Below are positions 9,469 through 18,573 of a stretch of 32,658 nucleotides of DNA, in pieces. The DNA lies in contig JAUVLL010000003.1 of assembly GCA_030600745.1 (NCBI GenBank), forward strand, positions 1 through 32,658, given 5' to 3'. The notes under the pieces were generated by a model, which saw only the letters and a list, made by a program, of their open reading frames with translations, did not search any database and was not told the origin of the DNA. How positions within the stretch are numbered: the first letter of the stretch is position 1; each line of letters starts with the position of its first letter. The position numbers and the translations under genes are program-made. The DNA is from Spirochaetaceae bacterium (GTDB lineage Bacteria; Spirochaetota; Spirochaetia; B11-G9).

Positions 9469-10656
9469 ATGTTAAAAAAGATCTTAACTGTTTTTCTCTG
9501 CCTCGCATTTATTACCACTGCAGGTTTTGTAATGGCTAATGGAGAGAAGGATTCAGAAGCAGGATCAATCAGGATCGGAATGTATGGTGATCTAACTGGT
9601 CCCACAGCACTTTGGGGGACAAATGCAGAAAGGGGAGCTAAACTTCGTATAAAAGAGGTTAATGAAAATGGAGGAGTCCTTGGAAGGCAGATAGAGTTAA
9701 TTAGCTACGATTGTCAGCTAAGCCCTACAGAAGCTATAAAAGCATATACCCGACTGGTTCAGGAAGATAAAGTTGTTGCTGTAAATGGTTCACTTATTTC
9801 GAACACAGCTCTGGCTGTTTCTCCGGTTGCTATTGAAATGGAAGTTCCTGTTGTTGCAAGAGCTATGGATGAAAGGGTTACAACCCCTGGATTTGATCCT
9901 GATAACCCGGATAAGAGTATACCTCCAAACCCATACTTTTTCCTTCTTCAGCCATCAGCATTTCAGCAGGCAGCTGCAATTGCAGGATATGCTATTGATG
10001 AACTGGGAATGGATACCTTTTCCATGCTGTACACTCCAGGGAATGCCTATGCTCAGTATCTTGCAAAGGGATTTGAGTATTATGTAAAGAAAAGAGGAAA
10101 GACAATGCTTAAAGCATTTGAGTTCCAGATGGGTGATTCAGATTTTAAAACTCAAATTACTGCCATTAAGCAATTAAACCCGGATGGATTATTTATACCG
10201 AATTATACTGCCCAGAATGCAAATATTGCTAAACAATCTGTTGAGCTTGGACTGAAGTCAGTAATGATTGGAAATAATTCATGGGATGCCCCAATGGACA
10301 AAGTTGCGGGTACTGCTGCAGACGGAGCCTATTTTCCACTTAATATCAGCCATGACAATCCTGATCTTCAATGGTATCGGGATAAATATAGTGAAGAATA
10401 TGGAGAAGAACCACTCTTAAACTCATTTGCAGGATGGGATGATGTAGGTTTTATTATTCAGGCAATTGAAAAAGCAGGATCTACTGATCCTGTAGCAATT
10501 GCAAGAGCAATGGCAGACACAGTTAACTATGAAGGTATTATTGGTACAATTAATATGAACAGAAAAACCCATAGACCAGTGGATCTGGCAATGTCAATTC
10601 TTTACTATGAAGGCGACAAAGTAAAAACTGCCGAACAAAAATATCTTCCAAAATAA
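9469..10656 (+). CDS. HAAT ABC transporter substrate-binding protein (LivJ/K-like)
   Basis: Signal peptide, IRIGMYGDLTGP, GGVLGRQIELISYD, DFKTQITAIK, AIEKAGSTDP; AAGGAG RBS. Confidence 0.92.
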   Translation: MLKKILTVFLCLAFITTAGFVMANGEKDSEAGSIRIGMYGDLTGPTALWGTNAERGAKLRIKEVNENGGVLGRQIELISYDCQLSPTEAIKAYTRLVQEDKVVAVNGSLISNTALAVSPVAIEMEVPVVARAMDERVTTPGFDPDNPDKSIPPNPYFFLLQPSAFQQAAAIAGYAIDELGMDTFSMLYTPGNAYAQYLAKGFEYYVKKRGKTMLKAFEFQMGDSDFKTQITAIKQLNPDGLFIPNYTAQNANIAKQSVELGLKSVMIGNNSWDAPMDKVAGTAADGAYFPLNISHDNPDLQWYRDKYSEEYGEEPLLNSFAGWDDVGFIIQAIEKAGSTDPVAIARAMADTVNYEGIIGTINMNRKTHRPVDLAMSILYYEGDKVKTAEQKYLPK

Positions 10657-10667
10657 TTCTTTGATTT

Positions 10668-10704
10668 CATAACTCCCTGGGATTTCAGGGAGTTATGCTT
10701 TTCT
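10668..10704 (+). terminator. Stem-loop after the binding-protein gene (intrinsic terminator or mRNA stabiliser)
   Basis: Perfect 12-bp stem CATAACTCCCTG / CAGGGAGTTATG, 6-nt loop, then CTTTTCT. Confidence 0.75.
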
Positions 10705-10747
10705 ATGTATAAAAACAATATTTATTTACACTAAAAGGAGTGGTATT

Positions 10748-11509
10748 ATGATTTCTTTTAAAAAAAAGAAACTGAAAGTTTTTGTTTTTGATAAAACTGA
10801 ATCTATGGCAGATCAGGCAGCAGAAGATGTTACTGCTAAAATAAAAGAGTTACAAAACAATAAAACAGAGATAAATATTATTTTTTCAGGAGCTGAGTCC
10901 CAGGAGCTTTTTTTAAGAAATCTTGCTGCTGCAAAAGAGATTATGTGGGAGAAAATAAATGCATTTGCTGTTGATGAATTTATTTCTCCCGGTATGAACC
11001 CTGATTTTAGAGTCTCCAGTCAGCCCGAAAAACTCCTTTACTCCAATGTAAATTTAAAAAGTGTAAATATAATAAATTATGCTGCAGAGGATATTGAGAA
11101 AGAACGGGAGAGATATGAAGAAATTATAAAAAAGAATCCACCGGACATTGTATGTCTTGGAATTGGTAAATCGGGTCATATTGCCTTTAATGAACCCGGG
11201 CAGAGCAGTTTTAATGACTCTCAGTATGTAAGTATAATGGAGCCTGATGAAAATTCGGAAGATCAATTGATGCGGGATCCAAATTTCAAGTCTCTTGGTA
11301 TAATTCCAAAAAAAGCAATTACAGTAACTATTCCTCCTTTAATGAAATGTCCAAATGTCTTTGTAGTTACACCTTATAAAATTAAGGCGCCGATAATTAA
11401 AAGATTAATGGAGAGTGATGTTGATGAAAGCCTGCCTGCATCTATTCTTCAGACCAAAGAGGGTGCTAAACTATATCTTGACAGAGAGTCCTACAGTCTC
11501 TGTAAATAA
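10748..11509 (+). CDS. Glucosamine-6-phosphate deaminase/isomerase family protein (NagB-like)
   Basis: AFAVDEF, CLGIGKSGHIAFNEPG, LPASIL; phosphate loop reads SGAESQ rather than the canonical TGxTP. Confidence 0.82.
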   Translation: MISFKKKKLKVFVFDKTESMADQAAEDVTAKIKELQNNKTEINIIFSGAESQELFLRNLAAAKEIMWEKINAFAVDEFISPGMNPDFRVSSQPEKLLYSNVNLKSVNIINYAAEDIEKERERYEEIIKKNPPDIVCLGIGKSGHIAFNEPGQSSFNDSQYVSIMEPDENSEDQLMRDPNFKSLGIIPKKAITVTIPPLMKCPNVFVVTPYKIKAPIIKRLMESDVDESLPASILQTKEGAKLYLDRESYSLCK

Positions 11510-11542
11510 ATTACAGAAAACGAAACCATAGGAGTATAACTA

Positions 11543-12508
11543 ATGGGAAAATACAAAGTAGTCGTAACAGACGACAGATATGAAAGCTATAAAGAGGAGA
11601 ATGAAGTTTTAAAAGAACTTGAAATTGAGGTTGAAATTCACAATCTGACAGGACCGGATGACGCAAAAGAGGTTTTAAAAGATGCCGATGCAGTTTTAAA
11701 CAATCTGTTTCCCCTTACAAAAGAAATTATAAGTAAGATGGATAAGTGCAAAGTAATAAACCGTTATGGGGTTGGATATGACAATGTAGCTGTGGAGGCA
11801 GCAACAGAAAAAGGGATATGGGTGTCAAGAGTACCTGACTACTCACTGGAAGATGTATCTGATCATGCACTTGCACTGTTATTGGGCAGTGTAAGAAAAA
11901 TAGCCTATAAAGACAGAATGATCAGGACAGGAAAATGGAATCTTCATAAGGACTGGCCTTCCTTCAGAATTGCAGGGAAAACTCTTGGGCTTATAGGGTT
12001 TGGAGCTATTTCCAGAACATTGTTCAGAAAAATCTCCGGATTAGGCCTTGAAAAAGTTCTGATTTATGATCCGTTTGTAGATATTGATGAGATAAAAAAA
12101 GCAGGCGGTGTTCCTTCAACACTGGTTGAACTGCTTGAAGGTTCAGACTATATCTCCATTCATGCTCCATTGACAGGTAATACCAAAGGGATGATTGGGG
12201 AGAATGAATTTGCAAAAATGAAAGATAACTGTCTATTAATAAATACTTCCAGAGGACCTCTTATAGATGAAAATTCTCTTTATAATGCTTTAAAAGAGGA
12301 ACAAATAGCCGGGGCGGCAATTGATGTTTATACAGTAGAACCTCTGCCCAGGGAGAGCCCTTTACGATCTTTGGACAATATTATATTAACCGATCATGCA
12401 GGCTGGTATTCTGAAGAATCTATTATCGAATTAAAAACAAAGGCAGCCAGAAATATCCTTGAGGTGCTGAAGGGGGGGAAACCCATTTATTCGGTAAATA
12501 AGATATAG
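11543..12508 (+). CDS. D-isomer-specific 2-hydroxyacid dehydrogenase (CtBP/SerA-like), copy 1
   Basis: RYGVGYDNV, GLIGFGAI, INTSRG, DVYTVEP, DHAGWYS. Confidence 0.92.
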   Translation: MGKYKVVVTDDRYESYKEENEVLKELEIEVEIHNLTGPDDAKEVLKDADAVLNNLFPLTKEIISKMDKCKVINRYGVGYDNVAVEAATEKGIWVSRVPDYSLEDVSDHALALLLGSVRKIAYKDRMIRTGKWNLHKDWPSFRIAGKTLGLIGFGAISRTLFRKISGLGLEKVLIYDPFVDIDEIKKAGGVPSTLVELLEGSDYISIHAPLTGNTKGMIGENEFAKMKDNCLLINTSRGPLIDENSLYNALKEEQIAGAAIDVYTVEPLPRESPLRSLDNIILTDHAGWYSEESIIELKTKAARNILEVLKGGKPIYSVNKI

Positions 12509-12581
12509 TATAAGTGGAGAGTCACCCATCTGTTGAGGTTTTTCACAATTAATAATTTTAAAGAACCTTGATATATGTTTA

Positions 12582-13538
12582 CTACTTCTTAAATTCGTCT
12601 CTTATCTTAAAAATAAGATCCGGATCCGCGTTGTAGGGCAATATTCCAGAACCAGCCAGTGTAAAGGGATATCTTTTCATCAGACTCTTTATTCTTTCAA
12701 TCTCTTCTTTTATCTGCGGCCAGTTACCGTACATAAAATTTTCTACAGACATATTAATTCTTACTGGTATTTTCATGTTTTCAATATTTTTAAGAAACAA
12801 ATCCTGATCTGTCTCTGCGGGACATATTAAAAACCCGGCACCAATATTTCCCAGGGCTTCTGTTATTAAAGCGTTGTCACCACCTAAAATACATGCAGGA
12901 TGCTGCCCTGTTTTATTAAATAATCCTTTTGTAATAATCTGTAGAGAGGGGACAATGAGTTTTTCAACCAGAGCCGGGGACAGTAGTGGAGGTGTTGCAG
13001 CAGATTCAAATAGCGAAATACCAAACCCCTGGTCAATAATTTGCTCCGCAATTATCAGTTGATTTTCGGCCAGATAAGAAAGGGCATCTCCTACCCTTTT
13101 AACCTCTGTAAATGAGGCTATAAGGAGAGGCTCAAACCCTGTAAGATTTGCTGCAATGGAGTAGGCTCCGGAAAGAGGCAGTCGGATATCAGCTTCCGGC
13201 AGTTCCCTTTTTACAAGTCCGGCGGCTTCAATAACCAAAGGCCATCGCCCGCTTGTGTTTATATCCAGTTCAGGAAGCTTTAAAATTTCGTCTGTGCTTT
13301 TTAAAAAAGCTTCTTTAATAGCCGGAACTTCATTCCCATCAGGTTTATCAACTACTGCACCGTATGCTTCAGGTTCCAGATTATAGATATCAATTCCCAC
13401 TGTAATGGGGGAGTGATTATACTTGTGGTATGCTGCAATATGTGCTTTGGCCATTAAAATTGCATCTCTTGAAACATCCCAGGGAGACCTTGCTATAAAC
13501 CTGGCTGCATGTTCGTAAACTACCGGTGTAAAATTCAT
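12582..13538 (-). CDS. Uroporphyrinogen decarboxylase / MtaA-CmuA superfamily protein
   Basis: Start moved to ATG 13538 (AGGGAG RBS, removes overlap). DIYNLEPEAYGA, GRWPLVIEA, GAYSIAANLTG, FESAA..LLSP pattern. Confidence 0.72.
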   Translation of the reverse strand: MNFTPVVYEHAARFIARSPWDVSRDAILMAKAHIAAYHKYNHSPITVGIDIYNLEPEAYGAVVDKPDGNEVPAIKEAFLKSTDEILKLPELDINTSGRWPLVIEAAGLVKRELPEADIRLPLSGAYSIAANLTGFEPLLIASFTEVKRVGDALSYLAENQLIIAEQIIDQGFGISLFESAATPPLLSPALVEKLIVPSLQIITKGLFNKTGQHPACILGGDNALITEALGNIGAGFLICPAETDQDLFLKNIENMKIPVRINMSVENFMYGNWPQIKEEIERIKSLMKRYPFTLAGSGILPYNADPDLIFKIRDEFKK

Positions 13539-13554
13539 ATTAAACTCCCTGGTG

Positions 13555-15558
13555 TTAGTTGAAAATATCTTTATTTCTGTTTTGTTCCCAGACAAATTCA
13601 AACCAAAATTCTTTGTCTGGAATAGGACGTCGCTTAATATATTTATGGTTTATTTCACCATTTTCAGTAAAACAGCTTACAAGAATTCTGTTAAAATCCT
13701 TATTTTTCGTCTCTCTGTATATAATGTTCAGCCCCTCGGGATTTATTATTTCATTCCCTTCTACATCCATAATCATATACGATCCTCTACTTCTTCCTCC
13801 ACTACTAATATAATATTCTATTGCAGAGAGATATACCCAATGTGCAAGTACCAGATGCCTGTTTTTTAGAGCAAAGGGGAGAAGGTTTATATTGTTAATT
13901 GTACATTCATTAAAGCTTTTAAACTGCTTTTTTGCATCAATAACTCCCTGGTGGGTAATATCATCTTTTCTAATATATCCGCCAGCCAGTGACATTCTGA
14001 TCTGAAATTTATCTCTATAGTTTCTAAGGGAAGAACATTGAGCATCTTCATCATCAGAATGTTTTAGAATTTTAGATATTATTTCTGTAAGATCATTAAT
14101 GCTGCTCTTAATACCCTTTATGGTATCCTCAATAATAAGAGTAGATTCTCTGTATGTTTCAGAAATTTTTTGTGCGGCTCGAAGGGAACCTACCTGCCCG
14201 GAATTTAGAGCAGAACCTCCAGGGCGGTAAACACCATGGCTTCCGTTTACTTCACCAATAGGAAAGAAGTGTTTAAGGTTAGTGGATTCCCACCAGATGT
14301 CTCCTGAGAGGCCTCCATTATTATGCTGGGAGCAGACAGCTATCTCCAGGGGTTCTTTAGAAAGATCTATACTATGGCTTTTGTACATATTTACCGCATC
14401 AGGATTCATTTTTGTTAATCTGTCTATTGGTAAACCAAATAATGCATTTGATTTTGTAAGATACTTTTCTGCTTCAGGGGAGAGTTTATCGAGTTTAAAT
14501 TTACCAATTACTAAATTCCCTTCAGGATTCCTTCGGAAATCAAGAAATACCCTTCGCCTTTTTTCATGAATTTCCTTATAAACAAGAATATCAATAAGGG
14601 ATGATCCATAGTTTTCCACTTTTCGGGGATCAAAGGGCCATTGATAACCCTTAAGAAAGACAGCATTTGTCAGCAATTCAATATCTGGAAACCAATTACA
14701 AAGAAATTCTTCTTCATGCCTGCCATCCTGGTCAGTACTTATATAGCGGGGAATAACCTGTTGAAAGGCTCCGGAGACATTCCATCGGTGCTTTATGGAA
14801 GCAAGCCCAAACTGTGATTCAGAGAGATTAACAGCTTCGGCACCTATTTCCAGGGCAAGACCAATTGCACCGGTATGTCCATGAGGGTAGACTGATTCCT
14901 TGTAGAGTCCTCCTGGGCCGCCGACACCAAATACAGTATTTTCAGCAAGATAACAGATAAGCCCCAGGTTATCATTTTCTATTTTTCGTTTATCAAGGCA
15001 AAGGGCCCCAACAACTCTGCTGCCAATTTTTAAGATTTTTACAACATCGGTATTATCAGAGATCTCTATCTTTTTTCGCATGACCTCACTAAGAAGTAAT
15101 TCTACCATCTCTCTGGAAGTGTAGGGACCGGCAGATGTTCCCCTTTGCATTGTATCATGATCAGTTTTATACCCAACAAAGGATCCGTATTCGTTGTGGG
15201 GGAACTTTACTCCAATATTAACCAGATGATAAAACGCCTGAAGAGAGCAAGTGGCCTCTGTAAGAGCAATATCTCCATGCATAGAACCTCCGTCAAACAG
15301 AGATTTCGCCATAAGGAAGGAAGAGTCGGGAATTTTGATCATATCTGAAAGTTTGTAATAGGTCTGTTTATCTGATCCCGTATTTCTGGAAGTCCCCGAT
15401 TTTAACCCCTCTGTAACTATAAGGAGATCATCAACTCCAAATTGATGTAATCGATCTGCACAATTTAAAGAAGCTGCACCGCTGCCTATTACCAATGTAT
15501 GAATGTAGAAAATCGGTATATCAAATTGTGAGCTTAGAATAGAATCAAGTTGCTTCAT
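13555..15558 (-). CDS. FAD-binding oxidoreductase of the SdhA/FrdA/NadB superfamily, function unknown
   Basis: VIGSGAASL dinucleotide motif, GVGGPGGLY, QHNNGG, IGEVNGSHGVYRPGGSALNSGQVG, SRGS near the C-terminus. Confidence 0.8.
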   Translation of the reverse strand: MKQLDSILSSQFDIPIFYIHTLVIGSGAASLNCADRLHQFGVDDLLIVTEGLKSGTSRNTGSDKQTYYKLSDMIKIPDSSFLMAKSLFDGGSMHGDIALTEATCSLQAFYHLVNIGVKFPHNEYGSFVGYKTDHDTMQRGTSAGPYTSREMVELLLSEVMRKKIEISDNTDVVKILKIGSRVVGALCLDKRKIENDNLGLICYLAENTVFGVGGPGGLYKESVYPHGHTGAIGLALEIGAEAVNLSESQFGLASIKHRWNVSGAFQQVIPRYISTDQDGRHEEEFLCNWFPDIELLTNAVFLKGYQWPFDPRKVENYGSSLIDILVYKEIHEKRRRVFLDFRRNPEGNLVIGKFKLDKLSPEAEKYLTKSNALFGLPIDRLTKMNPDAVNMYKSHSIDLSKEPLEIAVCSQHNNGGLSGDIWWESTNLKHFFPIGEVNGSHGVYRPGGSALNSGQVGSLRAAQKISETYRESTLIIEDTIKGIKSSINDLTEIISKILKHSDDEDAQCSSLRNYRDKFQIRMSLAGGYIRKDDITHQGVIDAKKQFKSFNECTINNINLLPFALKNRHLVLAHWVYLSAIEYYISSGGRSRGSYMIMDVEGNEIINPEGLNIIYRETKNKDFNRILVSCFTENGEINHKYIKRRPIPDKEFWFEFVWEQNRNKDIFN

Positions 15559-16550
15559 TAAATTGTTGTCCCCTTTATATAACTCCCAATAATTTTCTGT
15601 CTAATCCCGTGAGTATCTCTTTGAACAATTTTCTTTTGCAGATATTTGCCAGCTTCATATCCCAGTTTATAAACAGATAGTTCAATTGTATCTATTCTAT
15701 CTGAAAGCAGATCCAGTATTGGAGAATTATCGAATCCTGTCAGTGAAAAGGATTCAGGAATTTTCAGTCCCCTGCGAATTGCTTCCTGATAGAAATAAAC
15801 AGCAAAAACATCGTTAAAACAGAGGACAGAATTATAGTTTCTGTTTATTATTTCCGCCATTATATAATTTGATATCTCATCAATTCCTGAAGCGATAAAT
15901 ATATCTTTTTCAGTGAAATCAACACCATATGCTCTGGATGCTTCAAGAATACCCTGCTCACGTTCTCTGGAAACTTCAATTTCAGAAAATCCAATATAAC
16001 AAGGCTGGGGCTTTGTATTTCCCCATTACAGCTCTCCAACTAGAGTATTGATTCCGGCTTTACTATCATTGGCAATATACTTTTCTTCCGGGACTGTTCT
16101 GTTTAAAAGGAGATATGGGATTCCTCTTTCTTTAAGAACTGAAGTCAGTTTTTTACCAGGAATTCCAAAGGCAAATATAGATCCATCTATGTCACCTAAT
16201 TTTTTATTTTGAAAAACTGAAATATCTCCATCATTTATCTTTGTAATAATATTAACTTTAACCTCTCCAAACCCATCCTGAATACCCATAATCAGTTCTG
16301 CAACATCATAAAACAGATGAATATATGAATACCTTGCAACTGGAAGAAAAAGCTTGATGTTAAGTATGGCCCTTCTGCTTTGCTTTTTTATTGGCCGCTT
16401 TATGTATCCCATATCTTCTGCGGTTTTAAAGACAATATCTCTTTTTTCTTTGCTGTAAAGTGTTGAGTTATTCAGTATTCTGGATACTGTGCTGGTTGAG
16501 ATATTTAACTTTGAAGCAATATCATATATTGTAATTTTTTTTTCTTTCAT
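15558..16550 (-). pseudogene. LacI-family regulator interrupted by a single in-frame TAA (16026-16028)
   Basis: HTH ITIYDIASKLNISTSTVSRIL. After ...VGEL-TAA the same frame continues WGNTKPQPCYIGF...SREREQG...CFNDVFA...IPESFSLTGFDN to 15558, 331 codons in total. Confidence 0.88.
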
Positions 16551-17698
16551 TTCTCTTTTAAAAGATCTCTGTAATACTTATTTGTAACTACACAGCCAAC
16601 ATATTTTTGGCTTGCCAATAGCTTTGAACATCCTGAGCATGCTGTGCAGTAATCTACCTTTTCTCCATCTGTAATCTTTTTGGGAAAAAGGGGATCTGAT
16701 AAAATTTGCCGTCCGTAACCAATAAAGTCTGTATTTAGATCCAGGATATTTTCTTCTGCAAGATCAAGCCCCTCCTCTTTAAGAATTGAATATGCCGATC
16801 CAATTACTTTCATTTTTGAAACAAGGGATTTTGCTCTTTTTGCATAACGAAACTGGTGGAGATAAAATAGTTTTGAAGGAGGAGTTGGACGTGTAATTTC
16901 TGATGTTACCCCTGGAATACCTGCAGAAATATTTACATAATCCATACCGATGGATTCCATTAAAAGAATAAGAAGATCCATCTGCTTCAAATCCTCAATA
17001 AGTTCGTCCTCATTAAGAGTCCCGCATCCACCTCTAATACCTTCATAGTATGAGATTCTGGATCCCAGGATAAATGATTTATCCTTTAGTTTTGTACGAA
17101 TCTCAGTAATGCTTTCGTTCAGCAGACGGGTTCTGTTTTCGAAAGAACCTCCCCATCTGTCACTTCGAATATTAGCAGGTCTTAATATTTCACAGCCAAA
17201 ATATCCATGGCACATTTTAAAATCAATTCCATCCGCACCAGCTTTTTCCGCCAGTAGTGCAGTTTCAATAAAGTTGTTTTTTATTTCCTCTATTTCCTCA
17301 GTTTCAAGGAGGTGTTCCCCTTCCTCTGCATTATACAAAGCTGTAGGCTGGGAAAATTTCTTACCGCTTCTTCTGCCTGAGTGGGTAATCTGAAACAGAA
17401 TAATTGTATCCGGAGCTTTCTTTTTCATCTCTGTAACAAGATTCTTAAAACTGTTAAAAGTATCTATATTTAGTATCAGCTGATTTTTTCTCGCCAAAGC
17501 AGCAGAGCTTACTGATATTGCTTCAATAATTATTACTCCCCAGTCTCCTTTTACTAACTGAATATATTTTTCTATCTCCATGTTTGAAACACTGCCGTTA
17601 TCGCTGTCGTTACCTTCCATAGGCTGGGCAACAAATCTGTTGGGAGCTGTTTTTTTTCCTATTCTACAAGGACTGAAGAGAGCAGGATATTCTTTCAT
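16547..17698 (-). CDS. NADH:flavin oxidoreductase (Old Yellow Enzyme family) with C-terminal Cys cluster
   Basis: NRFVAQPMEG, FQITHSGR, DFKMCHGY, RSDRWGGSFENRTR, GYGRQ, CTACSGC...C. Start 17698 preferred because the predicted promoter overlaps the 17725 ATG region. Confidence 0.88.
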   Translation of the reverse strand: MKEYPALFSPCRIGKKTAPNRFVAQPMEGNDSDNGSVSNMEIEKYIQLVKGDWGVIIIEAISVSSAALARKNQLILNIDTFNSFKNLVTEMKKKAPDTIILFQITHSGRRSGKKFSQPTALYNAEEGEHLLETEEIEEIKNNFIETALLAEKAGADGIDFKMCHGYFGCEILRPANIRSDRWGGSFENRTRLLNESITEIRTKLKDKSFILGSRISYYEGIRGGCGTLNEDELIEDLKQMDLLILLMESIGMDYVNISAGIPGVTSEITRPTPPSKLFYLHQFRYAKRAKSLVSKMKVIGSAYSILKEEGLDLAEENILDLNTDFIGYGRQILSDPLFPKKITDGEKVDYCTACSGCSKLLASQKYVGCVVTNKYYRDLLKEK

Positions 17699-17716
17699 TT
17701 GAAACCGCCCGGTTAT

Positions 17717-17757
17717 TTGTTGCATACAACAATAGAACTATGATAGAATTGTGTCAA
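17717..17757 (-). promoter_or_regulatory. Promoter of the OYE operon with an overlapping palindromic operator
   Basis: TTGACA (17757-17752), 17 nt, TATTGT (17734-17729); inverted repeat TTGTTG-cata-CAACAA at 17717-17732. Confidence 0.62.
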
Positions 17758-17787
17758 GGTTTGTAGTAAATATCAAAGGAAAAAAAG

Positions 17788-18573
17788 ATGAATAGAGTAG
17801 TGTTGGTTACAGGGGGCAGTCGGGGTATTGGAAGAGGTATCTCTACCACACTGGCTTCCAGAGGGTATTCTGTTGCAATAAATTACGCAGGGAATAAGGA
17901 AGCAGCAGAGCTTACAAAAAAGCAATGTACTGAAGCTGCCATGGAGCAAACTCAGAGATTTGAAATACTTCAGGCTGATATAAGCAGTCAAAATGACAGA
18001 TTGGAGCTTAGTGAAAATATTTACAATACATTTGGGCGCCTGGATGGGTTAATAAACAATGCAGGGATTGCCCCTTTGGAAAGAGCAGATCTTCTTGAAA
18101 TGGATGAAAAATCCTATAACAGAGTTATGGATGTTAATCTGAAGGCTCCTTTTTTTCTATCCCAGTTAATAGCAAAAAGATGGAAAAATGAAAAATCAAT
18201 CCCATCCAGCGAACAAAATAAAACTATTATTTTTATCTCTTCTGTATCATCAGAGATGGTTTCCATCAATAGAGGAGAGTACTGTATAAGTAAAGCAGGA
18301 ATATCAATGACATCCCTTCTTTTTGCTGCAAGACTTGCCGGGGAAGGAATAGATGTTTTTGAGATAAGACCCGGGATAATTGAAACAGATATGACTGCCG
18401 GTGTGAAAACTGCTTATACAAATAAAATAGAAGCGGGCCTTGTCCCGGCAGCCAGATGGGGATTACCTGAAGATATTGGGAAATCAGCAGCTGCATTGCT
18501 GTCAGGTGATTTTTCATTTTCCACAGGCAGTGTTATTTCGGTCGATGGGGGGATGCATATTTCGAGACTTTAA
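17788..18573 (+). CDS. Short-chain dehydrogenase/reductase (FabG-like SDR)
   Basis: TGGSRGIG, NNAG, ISSVS, YCISK (YxxxK), PGIIETDMT. Confidence 0.93.
   Translation: MNRVVLVTGGSRGIGRGISTTLASRGYSVAINYAGNKEAAELTKKQCTEAAMEQTQRFEILQADISSQNDRLELSENIYNTFGRLDGLINNAGIAPLERADLLEMDEKSYNRVMDVNLKAPFFLSQLIAKRWKNEKSIPSSEQNKTIIFISSVSSEMVSINRGEYCISKAGISMTSLLFAARLAGEGIDVFEIRPGIIETDMTAGVKTAYTNKIEAGLVPAARWGLPEDIGKSAAALLSGDFSFSTGSVISVDGGMHISRL

Noticed and set aside
13555-15558. Calling the flavoprotein sdhA, frdA or nadB
   Set aside because: It lacks the covalent-FAD histidine motif and any Fe-S/membrane subunits or nadA/nadC neighbours.
15558-15860. Separate 100-aa gene
   Set aside because: It is the in-frame C-terminal part of the interrupted LacI.
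16026-16028. Programmed read-through, recoding or an alternative genetic code at the LacI internal stop
   Set aside because: The codon is TAA, not TGA or TAG, and TAA terminates many other genes in the window normally.
17788-18573. Calling the SDR fabG
   Set aside because: No fatty-acid synthesis context; it lies among catabolic genes.
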